Part shown: piece after piece, positions 27,829 through 41,434 of the stretch
Layout of the letters: every line of letters begins with the position of its first letter
How positions within the stretch are numbered: position 1 is the first letter of the stretch
DNA from: Octopus vulgaris
Taxonomy: Eukaryota
Assembly: GCA_951406725.2 (NCBI GenBank)
Contig: OX597826.1
Location: 68,076,001 to 68,140,000 of the forward strand
Reading direction: 5' to 3'
Length of the DNA stretch: 64,000 bases
Position numbers and translations under genes: made by a program
The notes under the pieces: model-generated
Told to the model about the DNA's origin: nothing
Seen by the model: only the letters and a program-made list of their open reading frames with translations
The model's database searches: none

Positions 27829-30020
27829 TTGAGAAATATCGTCAAAGCACTTACAAAAATTACACTGGCCGTGATAATAATTTGTTGATAGTTTATACGA
27901 ATCAAATGAATTAAATATTGAAGCTAATTCGATATATATTAAAAATCTGTGTGAAGTAATCGGAAATAAATGTTATATTTCAGCACATATCAATAATAAA
28001 TTGCATAAATTCTAATTTCGATATAGGCGCCACAAGAACTTTGATTTGAATAAATATGAAATAATCAACTCTCCCTCATTAGTATCTGTATCGATAAAAT
28101 TAAACGCTTATGGTAATAAAAATATATTCCAATGGAAAGAAAATGCCTATTAAATATTAAAATTGGAAATAAATAACCGCAAAATTTAAAAGCTCTTATT
28201 AGCAATTCAGAACTGGGTTCAAATTTAATCGTAAATAATTGGTTAAAAGCATTAAATATATCGCCCATAGCTTTGCACAGTAATATTACTGATATTGTTA
28301 ATAGGGTTTATACGTCAACTGATTTGAATATTAAAAATATAATCGACTTTTTCATGTGTCAAGTATCGTGCACCATCAGCCTAAGCCAGTTAAAAATGCA
28401 CCATATCGTGCATGGGTTATATTTTCATTTGGTTTTGGCCATAGGACGTATTTCACTACATCGGTGTGCAAAAGCAATATAACGAAAAACCTGACTGTAA
28501 CCATTTTCGAATAACGAAATGATAAAGTAATTAAACGGTTAAGTATTGAATGGTACATCGAAATGAACTAATTACAGTGAGTGGCTTGCGTCGGTCGTCG
28601 TCGTTTTTTGAACCTGCACGGCAAATTCATGTCTTTTGGTGATTTCGAAACCCCAATCAATAATCAGGCATGCCCAGACATGATTAATTATTCTGTAAAA
28701 TGGAAGGTGAAAATGAAAATCAGCAGACTAATGAGTTTTAAAGACATGTATTTACTAATGGAGGCAACAAGAAAATTACAAAATGTGCGATTAGTAAATA
28801 CAACTTCCGGTCATTATAAAGTAATTCCATGCCTAATTAGCTGAACTCGTGCCTCGTTCTAATTTGTTATCTGGAATAAAGTATTTTACGACTTATATAG
28901 ACAGTATCATTAGCACTTCCATATAGAATAAAGAATATTTAAATCAGGAAGAAAAATACATTTTTTTCACCAAAAAGTCGATTATCTTGGCTATAATATT
29001 AACGCATCTGGGGAAAAGAAATGATTATCCTGAAAGTAAAAAAAAACTGTCGATGCTATAAAAAAAAAAAAAATTACCAATTCAAAAATCTGCAAATGAA
29101 ATATTAGCATTTGTTCCAAAAGTCGGATATTGCTGCATATTTATTAAGAATATGGCAAATCTTACTGAACCATTATAGAATTTAACGAAAATGAACGTAC
29201 CGTTCAAATAGTTGTCAACGAATATTTGATGAGGTTAGAGAGTTCACGCATTGTAATGATAACTCGCCTCTAATTTTGGCAGTGGTTACATCACAAATCA
29301 GTGTTGGAACTATTCTTTATAGCATGAAAATGAAGTTGAACGTCCGCTGACACACGCTTGCTTCTAAGACACTGAATGCATATTTCAACGGTGGTATTCA
29401 TCAAAAGATAAGTTGATTAGCTATTTATTTTTCTCCCCAGTTGCTGTATAGATGATAATTCTTTATCGTTATTCGTCGTCTATCAAAACCTGCATAAATA
29501 CATGGACTCACTGGATGATGAAATACGCATTTGTCGATTTCAATGGCTGGTAATTGCATAAAATCGATTCAAAACTGCCATTATTCCCTCTCGTCGTTCT
29601 TGGCTCGCACTGCAAGCAATCGACCCTGCGACTACGCAAATCCACCAGACAGTGAATAACAAAGGCGCGTTGCTCGGTATTGCAAATCAAACATTGAAAA
29701 TAAACAATTTATTGTTATTTCCAAATTATATATTCAAACTTTGTACTATTTATCAATTAGCACGTGTATTAATAAGTACTAAATGCATCGTACAGTATTG
29801 TACTTTCGTTGAAAGACAATAATTTTGTTATCAGATTGAAATTGGAAGTCACCATTAAAAAGTTCGATAATTCCGATAATTCAATTATCCTCGAGTATTT
29901 GTATTCGTTTATCGAATATTATCGGCACAGTGTTAAATGGTGAATGAAGAATCAATTCCGTTTTGACTACAAACACATCGATTGTCACAAGCATTTTAAA
30001 TGCGTCGCATGTGCCACGTA
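27000..30020 (+). pseudogene. Decayed Ty3/Gypsy LTR-retrotransposon gag-pol
   Basis: Gag-like WIGRETADLINQIFSPE*…KIITDKLSDHFKK…RYCKFED…IRDR. RT-like …GKFMSFGDFETPINNQ…KDMYLLME…VNTTSGHYK…TYIDSII…KVDYLGYNINASG. Connection SANEILAFVPKVGY…NMANLTEPL. RNase H SVGTIL…ERPLTHA/SKTL. The domains are in the correct order with many stops. I could not identify LTRs. Confidence 0.8.
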
Positions 30021-30317
30021 CCTTATTTCTCCTGACAGATAATTACTGCTTTACTTATTCAATCCGCTTTTATATAAGTTTGGGAGACAACCCTTATACT
30101 TCCTGAAGTAACATAAGATTTTCTTTGGATGTAGTTAGTTGTCTCCTTAAGAATTATCGCGATTGACCTTAACCTTATAATTAGTTTCAAATTAACGTTA
30201 ATCTTATAATTGCTTTTTAAAAACCTTAACCTGTGATTGGTTTCAAATTTTGGCATAAGCACAGAAAATTCATGGTGGTAGGGTTAGTCGATTACATCGG
30301 CCTCAGTGCTTAACTGG

Positions 30318-30538
30318 TGGCAGAAACGTTAGCACGCCGGGCGAAATGCGTAGCCGTATTTCGTCTGTCGTTACGTTCTGGGTTCAAATTCCGCCGAGGT
30401 CGACTTTGCCTTTCATCCTTTCGGGGTCGATAAATTAAGTACCAGTTACGCACTGGGGTCGATGTAATCGACTTAATACCTATGTCTGTCCTTGTTTGTC
30501 CCCTCTGCCTTTAGCCCCTTGTGGGTAATAAAGAAATA
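30318..30538 (+). mobile_element. Young SINE family B inserted into an older, opposite-strand family B copy
   Basis: The host reads …CTTAACTGGT|insert|GGTACTTATTTTATC…. The insert is near-identical to 22367-22598. Confidence 0.85.
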
Positions 30539-31148
30539 GGTACTTATTTTATCAAACCCGAAATGATGACAGGCAAAATCAAACTCGGTGGAATTTGACT
30601 GCAGAAAGTAATGACGCTAAGCATTTTGCCCTGCGTCCTAACAATTCTTCAAGTTCCTTGTCTTAGGCTCAACCTATAATTGCTATATTGAATCACCCAG
30701 TTGATGCTCATGTTTCACAATTTACAACTTCTTTGTTGCTACAATATAAAACGTATGTCAATGTTTCTGTGTATCTCTGTATGCGTGTATATATATATGT
30801 CTTACTCTTTGTATGAATAAGTATCTGTAGGTTTCTGTTTAATTCAGTATGCGTGTGTGTTTATATGTGTGCGTGTTTATACGTGTAGATGACTATAAGC
30901 GTGCGTATGCATTAGCGTGTCTTTCATATTTTTTCTGTTCTTTATTTGAGTCATTAGATTGCGGCCATAATGGGGCACCGCCTTGAAGAATTTTTATTTA
31001 TATATTTATTTTATTTGCTAAGCCAAGTAGTTGTTCTATCGGACCCTTTTTGCTGAACTGGTAATTTACAGGAACGTAAACATGCCAACACCGGTTATCA
31101 AGTGGTGGTGAGGTCAAACACAAAAGACGCACACAAACACACTTATAT

Positions 31149-31181
<33 letters not shown>

Positions 31182-31189
31182 TATATTCA

Positions 31190-31394
31190 ATATGTGACCG
31201 GGTGGGTATCGTTGACGATTTTTTTAACTCCGTCTCCCCTTCCTCGGATCTTTCCTTTTCCTATGTTTCTGACGAAGAACTCCGCTCGAAACATTAAATC
31301 CTCCTTCTTTCTTTCCTTTCCTGAGCATCTGATAACATTATACTTCTTCCACGTCCTCGCGTTGTTGTGTTTTCTCTTTTGTTCATGTTTGGAT

Positions 31395-31398
<4 letters not shown>
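31190..31398 (+). mobile_element. Penelope-like terminal fragment with minimal hammerhead-like motif
   Basis: GTTT-CTGACGA-AGAACTCCGCTC-GAAAC-ATTA-AATC lies at 31265-31300. The 3' part recurs inverted at about 14596-14682. It sits inside the (TA)n of a split family C SINE (about 30925-31140 and 31690-31835). Confidence 0.6.
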
Positions 31399-31446
<48 letters not shown>

Positions 31447-31576
31447 TTTAACAATTAAGGATAACCTCTTAATAAGGAATCTTAACAAGAAATTATCGGG
31501 TAGTTAGCGTGAAAACCTCATAAAAGAAAAGAATTCGAAAATAATTTTTTTTCTTTTGAACAAATTAATTATTTCT

Positions 31577-31660
31577 ATATTGTATAGAGGGCATTATTAC
31601 ACATAAATGCCTCACACTAGTGTGAGGCATTTATGTGTAATAATGCCCTCTATACAATAT
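31577..31660. repeat. Perfect 84-bp palindrome
   Basis: ATATTGTATAGAGGGCATTATTACACATAAATGCCTCACACT|AGTGTGAGGCATTTATGTGTAATAATGCCCTCTATACAATAT. Confidence 0.95.
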
Positions 31661-31693
<33 letters not shown>

Positions 31694-32867
31694 GCGATAA
31701 GCTACTTCCAGTTTCCATTTACCAAATCCCCACTGACAAGGCTTTGCTCGGCCCCGAAGCTATAGTTTAGAAGATATTTGCCCAAGGTGTCTCGCAGTGG
31801 GACTGAACCCAGAACGCAGTGTGATTCTTACCACACTGCATGCACATTATAAGCATTGTATGTGTGAGTGTCATTTTAATATCTAAGATGTATGAGTAAC
31901 TGTGCGTACGTGACTTTAGCCAGGCATGTGTATATCCAAGTGTTTATCAATGATCGTTCATAAACAATATAGAAACTTCGTGTAAAGATGAATGTATGAG
32001 TGCGTTTATGTGTGAGCGTGTATGTGTATGTTTGAGTATGTATGTGTATGTGTGAGTGCGTGTATGTGTGCGACTGTGTATTTCCATGTGTTACTAGTTG
32101 TTCCCTGGCAACCTTTCATGAGGATCAAGTTTTTTGATTAATAGCCGTATCTGGGAAGAAATAAATCCCTTCTTCGGAGCTTAACCCTTTATCAAATATA
32201 ATCCCATCCGACTGCATCCTCCGTTCACCCCCCCCCTCCTTTGATTTTTGTGATTTGTTTTCTCACTAGCAGCAGCAGCGGCAGCAGCAGTAGCAGCTGC
32301 AGAACCACCAGGACTACGAATACCGCTTCTACTACTACTGTTACGACGACCACGACCACCACGACCACCAACACCACCGCCGCCACCACCACCAACACCA
32401 CCGACACCGCTACCAACCACCAACGCCGCCACCAGCACCACCACAAACACCACCAAAACACCATCGCCGCCGCCGCCGCCGCCACCATCAATACCACCAC
32501 CACCAACAACAACAACAACATCGCCGCCACCACCACCACCTCCACCACCGCCACTACCAGCACTGCAACAACACCACCAACACTACCACTACCGCCATCA
32601 ATCATGACAACCGACATGAACAGGATTCTCACAAGCCATCAAAGGAACGTGTCAGTATTGGTTCGACCTCGTAGAAGCAGCAGCTAAATCACGCTCAAAT
32701 CATACCCCGCCGTCTTCAACAAGTCAAGGTGACATTTCATAATGTAGTCTTATAAATTACTAAAACAGACATTACGGTCACGGATGGAAGGATTTTGTCC
32801 ATTTTTCTGCTTTATCAGGGCTGACCACGGCTAAACAATAACTAACATCACCACCTACAGCACCTAA

Positions 32868-32926
<59 letters not shown>

Positions 32927-32927
32927 A

Positions 32928-33022
<95 letters not shown>

Positions 33023-33056
33023 TAATAGTGATAATGATAGTAATAATTATAATTAA

Positions 33057-33616
33057 CAAATGCCCTGATGCAGTACCAGGAAGTGGCTCACGTGGCTTCT
33101 GATCTGAACTGATTGGAAGTGTTATCATGTACATTGTTTTGTCTTGGTATAAAAGATGGGCTACAGCAAATATTCTGCTCAATACCACAGATTTGCTTGT
33201 CAGTTGATTGACCATAACCAGTTGAGCATGTCCCTTGGTGGCTGACGATATGTGCATCTCTGATCACGAGCAGAAGTAGTGGGGGAGCATCATAGCCATG
33301 TGTTGAGCGGGATTCTTTGGCGTTTGAATAATTCACCTCTGGAAACATGGGTGTTTCGCTCAACAACCTCAAACAACCCTTATTCAGGGACCTTTTGAGC
33401 GGGATGGGTTACTCGACCAGAAGAAAATTCTAACTGGGTTCCATCTGCAAGTTCATGTGCTGTTTATCTTGATATGAGATCACCATGTCGCGCACATATG
33501 TTTGTGATGCATGTGCCTGGTGTACCCTCATCAGACGAGTAGTCATGATGGGTATACTGGGCTTCGTATATTTTATCCCAGGGTCTCTTTGAGGACATTC
33601 ACAGCTCTCTCACTCA
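33057..33616. mobile_element. About 560-bp non-coding element embedded in (TAA)n
   Basis: This complex, higher-GC block has (TAA)n directly on both sides and no recognisable ORF. It is probably the UTR or a derivative of a TAA-targeting retroelement (inference). Confidence 0.45.
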
Positions 33617-33747
33617 ATAATAATAATAATAATAATAATATCAATAATAATAATAATAATAATAATAATAGTAGTAATAGTAGTAGTAATGATAATAATA
33701 ACAATAACAATAATCATAATAATAACAACAACCACAACAACAACAAC

Positions 33748-33791
<44 letters not shown>

Positions 33792-33829
33792 TAATACCAC
33801 CACTACCACCACCACCACCACCACTACTA

Positions 33830-33898
<69 letters not shown>

Positions 33899-35230
33899 AC
33901 ATACTGTCCCCGTCGCCAGCTTTACCACTCATAATTTCCGCACCAAATTAAAAAACTCAACCATCCATGCCAATGCTACTGCCACAAGCCAAATATCCAC
34001 ACTATGGCACCTGAATCCTTTATTTGTGGACCCTAGTCTATTTTCTTACCCGTGGCTCCTTTTCTTGCCTGCCTAAACATATTCTACCATCAAGACAGAT
34101 ACTGGCTGAAGAGAGATATTTCTTCTTTATCAGAATTTTTTTCCTACAGCATCCAGAGTTAACCTACTACAGAAGGAGAAGAAGCAACCACATGTTTGCT
34201 AGCGTGGTAGATATTTGCCAGATTCCCGTAGCTATCATCTTACAGCAATGAGAACAGAAGGTGCTTTCAAATATGCCAAACAACACAAAAGAAGGAACAG
34301 AACAAGACAACAAAAAGGGGAAAAGTATAAAAAAGAAGATGGTTACATTTCGAATGCCTTTGATCGCGCTTCTGTCAAATCTGAAGTAACCTGGTGCTGA
34401 ACATTTAAGCGACCAATGTTTTAATATTTTTTTTCTTTCGCTGCTGTTTTCTTTGAGTTCCTTTCACTTTATTTCATAAATCGTCACACTGTCAGTAAGA
34501 GATTTATACGCTATCAAAGAATCCAAATGGTGTCAAGAAGACACGCTGTCTGCATTATGACACAGAGACAGCCGCATAAGTAGATATAAAGAAACTCGGA
34601 CAGAAAGTTAGCTATATTGAAAGATTGACGGAAGTTTGCCTGTCTATGTGGATAGCTAGATAGATAAATAACGTCTTACACTCACATATATATATATATA
34701 CAAATGCACGGGTTGAAACACACATAGACGAAGGCAACACATTAACTCTTAGAACCACGTATACAGAAATATAAAATAGTTAAGAGGCTTGACATATGAA
34801 AGCAAAATAATAAACCTAAAAACCAACGAAACCAAATCATACAGTATATCCAAGAATTATCTCTGTCAAGTGGAACGTTATGCGCATGAAAAGAAATAAT
34901 AACATTCAAAGTTAACAGCTGACATATAGATCCCCCCATAGTAAATTCTCTCGAAGATTTATGAACGCACGAATATTGATAATTGTTATCAATAAGATTT
35001 GCAATTCAGTTAGTGAAACGGACAGTAGCGAAATATTGCCTAAGTACGTATTTTATCAATACACATTCGTGCACATTCAGTAAACGCATACACATGCACG
35101 TATACGTACATGACACACGACGATAAATATCCGCTCATCCACCTATACGCTCATACACACGCACAGATTGATAAATGGATTAAACGCACAACATAATTTC
35201 AGTATAAGTTGTGTATCTTTATTCAAGAAG

Positions 35231-35275
35231 ATGCTTCTGCCCCGATCAGAGGTTTACTTATCCTTTCTCCCTAAT

Positions 35276-35328
<53 letters not shown>

Positions 35329-35388
35329 CTGGGGTTATGGAAGAAGGATAAGTAAACCTCTCATCGGGGCATCGGGGCGGAAGCATAT
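35231..35388. repeat. About 50-bp inverted repeat around a (TA)n tract
   Basis: ATGCTTCTGCCCCGATCAGAGGTTTACTTATCCTT pairs with AAGGATAAGTAAACCTCTCATCGGGGC(ATCGGGGC)GGAAGCAT. Confidence 0.8.
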
Positions 35389-35414
35389 ATATATATATAA
35401 AGCTTCCGGAAGCG

Positions 35415-35467
<53 letters not shown>

Positions 35468-35752
35468 AAGGGAGAGAAAGAGAGAAGCGGAGAGATATGT
35501 GTGTTGACATCTGTGAAACCTTATTCATTTTATCCTACACACACGTCAGTTCAGCCTGTTGCATGGCACCTCATCCTATTGTTCTTTCTGTGTTAGTCCT
35601 AAATCTTGTTTAATAAATCAATTATTAATACAATCACTCTAGTCCGGCACACATGTACACCAGCTAGACACACAATCCACGCGCGTGCAAACACACGCAC
35701 GTACGCACACCACACATATTGTTATATATGTTATTAGCAGACGTAGCAACAA

Positions 35753-36205
35753 AGCGGTGGGCCGGCGGAATCCTTAGCACGCCGGGCGAAATGCTTCGCA
35801 GTATTCCGTCCGTCTTGACGTTCTGAGTTCAATTTCTGCCTCGGTGCACTTTGTCTTTCATTCCTTTCGTGTTCGATAAAATTAGTACCAGTTGAGCAAT
35901 GGGTTCGATGTAGCGACTAGCCTCTCCTACCTAATTTTTTTGGCCTTGTACCTACTTTAGAAAGAATTATTATGTGAGACATTTCACATTCAGTTTTGCA
36001 CAGTGAGCTAGCAGAATCGTTAGCACACCGGGCAAAATGATTAGCGGCATTTCGTCCATCTGTAAGTTCTGAGTTCAAATTCCGCCTTGGCCGACTTTCC
36101 CATTCATACTTTCGGGGTCGATAAATTAAGTACCATATAGAGCACTGGGATCGATGTAACCAATTTATCCTCTACCCACAAATAACCCACAAATTTGAAA
36201 TCAAT
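35753..36205 (+). mobile_element. Two diverged SINE family B copies
   Basis: The head and core motifs match 22367-22598. Confidence 0.75.
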
Positions 36206-36434
36206 ATTTTAGTATAAGTTTTGTCTTTGCTTTTGTTCTTCGGTATAGATCGGTCGTTCTGGTTGGCTGCTCATAGCTGACCAGTTATTGATGTTTTGAT
36301 ATTTCGCTGCCTTTCGTGTATTCCGTCTCCAATTATACTTTCTCTCTTCCTTTGACATCGTATTTAGGAAGAATATAATGGGAGTTGAAATACTGAATGT
36401 TCCAAGGAGTGGCTTTCTGAATAGGACATTTTTC

Positions 36435-36471
<37 letters not shown>

Positions 36472-37090
36472 ACAACAGTAGAGGAAGTAGTTTTTGTAGT
36501 AGAAATGGTTGTGGCCGAGATAGTTGCTATTCTTTTAGTTGTTGTTGTTGTGGTAGTAGTGGCAGTAGGCGTACTAGTATCATTATAACATTAGTAGTAA
36601 AGCAGTATTGATATATTCTAACAATAGAATAAAAGGGAACTGGGTGAACTGGAACAACGGAAAATGAATTACAGGGTGGCAGTGCTAGGTAGTGATGTGC
36701 ATAAGTACAAAGTTATTCGCAGTTCAAATATGCTTAGAGCACGTTCGAACTCGTAAGAAAGCAATTTGTCACGGTATCTGTAACTGAGGAGGAAATAACC
36801 ACTCCAAAATGTATGAATCTCACCGTATGGGCAGGTGGCGCTGCGAGCTGATTTTAGTGCATTTACACCATTTGTCTGCCGCGAAAAATTTTCTCCATGA
36901 CAAAACACTATCAATGGCTTTCTTACAAATTCCAAAGTTGGCTCAACCATATTTGAACTAGTAATATACTGTCTTACTTCAGAACACGCGTGTCGCCTGT
37001 TCCAGGAGCAGAAATGACAGTCATGAATCCAACACCCTAACCACAAAGACATGGGACTCTACATATTGACAATACTAATAGTTACAGTAA

Positions 37091-37830
37091 TAATTTCTTT
37101 TTTTAACCACAACGACATCAGTGAGGGGGACATCACAGGGACAGTCAGTTATTTGTGTGAGGATTTACATAACAAATGAGGAGAAAGAAATGGAAAAGGC
37201 GAAGAAATGCGATAAATTATACATATTATATAAAGTATATGATGACATGAGAGATGCACACCTCCTGATAGAGGAGAAACTCCATCTAGGTTCATTCAAG
37301 GAATCCTCTCATATCCATGATGATCCTTAACCACCAAAGGCATGTGCCATCTCCCATCTGTTGCTCTCCAGTCCATAGGCACATGATTAGAGTAGAGCCA
37401 TTCACGCTAACCATTTTTGCTACTGTCACCTATCTTTTCATAAATACACAACACTAACTGATTTTTCTTCATCTCTACACTGATTTTTCAAGTGGAAAAT
37501 CGAATGACGATGAGGAGTTCGCCGAAAGAGAAAGAGTTTGTCCGCAAAACTTTAGCCCTCGTCCGCCACACAATCTCTTTCGCCATAACCACAAGACAGA
37601 AAGTATCGTACCGTCTGCCTGCCTTGATAAAAATGGGTGAGGAACGATCTTCGCTATGGATTCTCCTGATACTCAGATTCGTCTCATACGCGATAACATT
37701 TGTTCGGCAAAACGCCACAGCTCAGCAATATTCTGACACTGCAGATTGCAGGCAGCATGATTCAATGGCTTCGATGCTCTGCGTGCATCCTAGAGACACC
37801 CGCCTAGCACCACCTCCGCTGCTATAATTC
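37091..37830 (-). mobile_element. Tx1/L1-clade LINE 3' fragment (ORF2 C-terminus and 3' UTR)
   Basis: The minus strand gives a decayed zinc-knuckle region (RCTQSIEA/…LQCQNIAELWRFAEQMLSRMRRI*VSGESIAKIVP) and then FCLVVMAKEIVWRTRAKVL, the 'AKxxIWxxR' motif. The 3' end is …GTTGTGGTTAAAAAAAGAAATTA. Confidence 0.7.
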
Positions 37831-37999
37831 TCAGCACATTGAGAATTATATTATATAACGGGAATAAAGATATAAAATGAAGCATGGAATTGTGTCTCAT
37901 CATAAAAATATTCTTAATTCACCCATTCTATTCACATCTATTCACATTGATGAATAAAATACGTAACAGGCTGAAATAATGAATATAGGCAATAGAATC

Positions 38000-38560
38000 C
38001 ACTGTAATACTCAAAACATGGGCCCTGACATGGTGGCCGTCGCATTATTGGTATCAGTAGATGAGTAAAAAGCATTTGGTATATATGTTGGAATCTATAT
38101 CTTCACCGGAGGTCGTCTCTCATTTTGACCAAGTTCTCTCATGGTAAGATTAAATTCGCATCTGGTGTTCGGAGGAATTATTTTTCTCTATTATGCAGTA
38201 CGTTCTTTATATCTTCGATCAGCCTTCAAAATACAATTCTGGCTGTAACCCTCTATGTGTTTATTTCCCACAGATCAGGATCATGTATATTTCTTGCATG
38301 TGAGTATATCATTTTTCCATCACTTCATCTCTTGCAAACAGAAGTGAGTCATGCTCGACTTTTTCACTTGAAATATTTAATCTTCCTCTGAAGATTGATT
38401 TTGAAAATAAACTCTAATTAACCTCGATGCAGAAATTCTTGAAATCATACTTCTACAGTAAAATGCAAAGAAATGGTGCGAATAAAGGATACATCACAGG
38501 TGAACTCAATCTCATTTTCGAATCACATCTAACACATGCACGAAACTTTTCATCGCCATG
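38000..38560 (-). pseudogene. Probable RTE-like reverse-transcriptase remnant
   Basis: The fragments NLQRKIK…DSLLFARD…LWEINT resemble the RTE 'LFNLRRL…ELLFADD…GLTIN' order. The region is heavily decayed. Confidence 0.35.
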
Positions 38561-39369
38561 TTTAGTTTATCAACAGTGTTAAAAGGAATTAAAATGATAC
38601 CTTGCCAAATATTGGAATCTCTCAACACCTAGTAAATGGCAGAACCTTTTCTATGGTCAGGAATTACGTTTCAATTTTACTGAAACAGTTCAGCATATTT
38701 CACTAATGTTTTACTTCCCCCATTTTCCTTCCGTTTTATCACGTAAACCTGTTCTATGGCGTTACCCTACAATAAAACGTTGCGCGATTTTGGTTTTAAT
38801 ATCAGCAACGTCTACTTCTCAATCGCTAAAATTATAATTTGATTGCGTTTAAAATCACCAATGTCACACTCCGACATTTGCAAAATATACAGTTTTATAG
38901 TAACCGTTTCGTATCTTGCTATAACACTAATATTTTCGCACTCTTAAATACAAAATAATTGTTAAGAGAATGAAAACGTTGCCTCATTTCAACCATTTAA
39001 TCTCGCTTGAGCGAAAGTATTTAAGATGAAATACACCTCGGGGAACTTCATTTGTCTTAAGAATCTAAATCGACTGTAATCTCTGATAATACTCGTTGCT
39101 ATGTAATTAAAGATGACGGAGGACTTTTGAGGTGTAATCCACGTCATGTCCTTTCAAAATTACACTCAATGGAAATTACATTAGAAGTTTATTCAATAAG
39201 GGTTTGCGATGAATTATAAATGTGAACGAACGGGACATAAATGGATGAAACGCGTATTTAAATGTAGGACCAGTAATAATTGGAAATGCATAAAAGCTAG
39301 CAAGACTTATTTCTTGATTAACAAAATCTAATGTAAATGTTTCGAAATGCACGAGTGGGGAACTCTCTT

Positions 39370-39438
<69 letters not shown>

Positions 39439-39481
39439 ACCTTTTTATCTATCTATTTCTCTCGTTCTCTCTTTCTCTCTT

Positions 39482-39513
<32 letters not shown>

Positions 39514-39573
39514 GTATAAATGTATATATTCAATTGTAACTGAAGTTGGGAGTTTTCCAAAGATTCAGTCGGC

Positions 39574-39646
<73 letters not shown>

Positions 39647-39751
39647 ACTATCTATTTATCTATCTATCTATCCAGCTAGCTGTCTGTCTGTCTGCCTGTC
39701 TGTCTGTTTGTCTCTCTCTCTCTCTCTCTCTCTCTCCCTCTATCTATCTAC

Positions 39752-39847
<96 letters not shown>

Positions 39848-40753
39848 TTATCTATCTATCTTTCCATCCATCTTTCCATCCATCTATCTGTCTCGCAGAC
39901 CATTCTATTTTGCTACTTCAGACAGCGAAATACAAAAAAAAAAAAAAAAAAAAAATTAAAAAACGTTCGCTCTTAACGGTTTGAACATCGAAGATACGCT
40001 TATGCTAATAAAAGCTTGTTGTTGTCCTCTTCCACTCACACATACATTATGCACCAAAGTCTCTTTCTGATTATAGGAAGTAGCAAAGAAAATCTTAGGC
40101 GCAGTTTCCCCCATGTTTTGACCGAAAACTTGCTGCACTTAGACAGCAATCTATAATCGATCATTTTAAACTGCCATCGGCGAAGGACCAAGAGAAATAT
40201 AATTAAACTCCGCAATATAACAATCACTATCCTCCTTCTATCACTCTTGCATCCATTATCCCCCTCTTCTTTATCATTGTCTCCCTTTCTATATTCCTCT
40301 CTCTCTCTCTTCTCTCCTTTTCCTATCCCCCACTTTCTCTCTCTCTGTCTGTCTTATGTTATGTTGTTGATACCCTTTGTTTATTTGACTAATATCTCGC
40401 TTTGGTGTTTTCGGTTGTTTTTTTTTTTTTTGATACGAACAAAGAATTACAGAAAAGAATATCAAGCAATCAAAGAAAAAGTTGCACCTTTATATTTCAA
40501 ATATATTCTTATTGAAATTGGGCAACATCACAACAATAATAAATAACATTTTTCCTGTTCTGTGTAACCGAAAAACGAAAGCAACTTAAGTTTACACACA
40601 CGCACACACACACACAGACACAGTCAAACACACACGCACACACATTCACTCACACACAACGCACATATATATGCATATATCTCTGTATGTATATATATGT
40701 AAATATATATATATGTATATATATGTATATATATTTATATGTATATACAATTC

Positions 40754-40834
<81 letters not shown>

Positions 40835-41059
40835 CCATATGTATCTATATATATATATGTATACATATGCGTATATATAAATATATATATATATAGTGAA
40901 ATATATTTACCACTTAAACGTGGCTAACCCCTAAGGGTGGATGCTACTGTAGATTGTGGTCCCAGGAGGACACCTCCTCCAGTTGGCTGTTGACACACTT
41001 TCTGTGCCCTGTCAGTACTTGCAAAGGGAAGCCATTCTTCCCGTCTTCAACCTATGATA

Positions 41060-41104
41060 CACACGGACTCGAGTTTCTGGGTATTGACCCGTAATCAGCG
41101 TGTG
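41060..41104 (-). ncRNA. Minimal type I hammerhead motif (core G8 mutated)
   Basis: The minus strand reads CACACG-CTGATTA-C-GGGT-CAAT-ACCC-A-GAAAC-TCGA-GTC-CGTGTG, with a perfect 6-bp stem I, a palindromic TCGA loop and a GUC triplet. It lies in a (TA)n-flanked island at about 40895-41120. Confidence 0.8.
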
Positions 41105-41357
41105 ACAATCACGAGATATTTATTATAAATATATATGCTAATACACGACCTACGTTGGTCTCCTCATTCGTATCATTATCGAACCTGGCGCTTAACATTA
41201 ATCTGTACATACTATTTACTCAGCATTCCCTGGCACCAATACCTCTCCTACCCTATACATATATATGCAGACATCATATATATTTTTGAATATATTATAT
41301 ATAATATGTGCATATATATGTGTGTGTGTGTGCATGTGTGCGTGCGAGCGCGAGCAG

Positions 41358-41434
<77 letters not shown>

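Noticed and set aside
32241-32687. Thr/Ala/His-rich 148-aa ORF resembling a transcription-factor low-complexity region
   Set aside because: It is a compound CAG/ACC/GCC trinucleotide tract with no adjoining folded domain.
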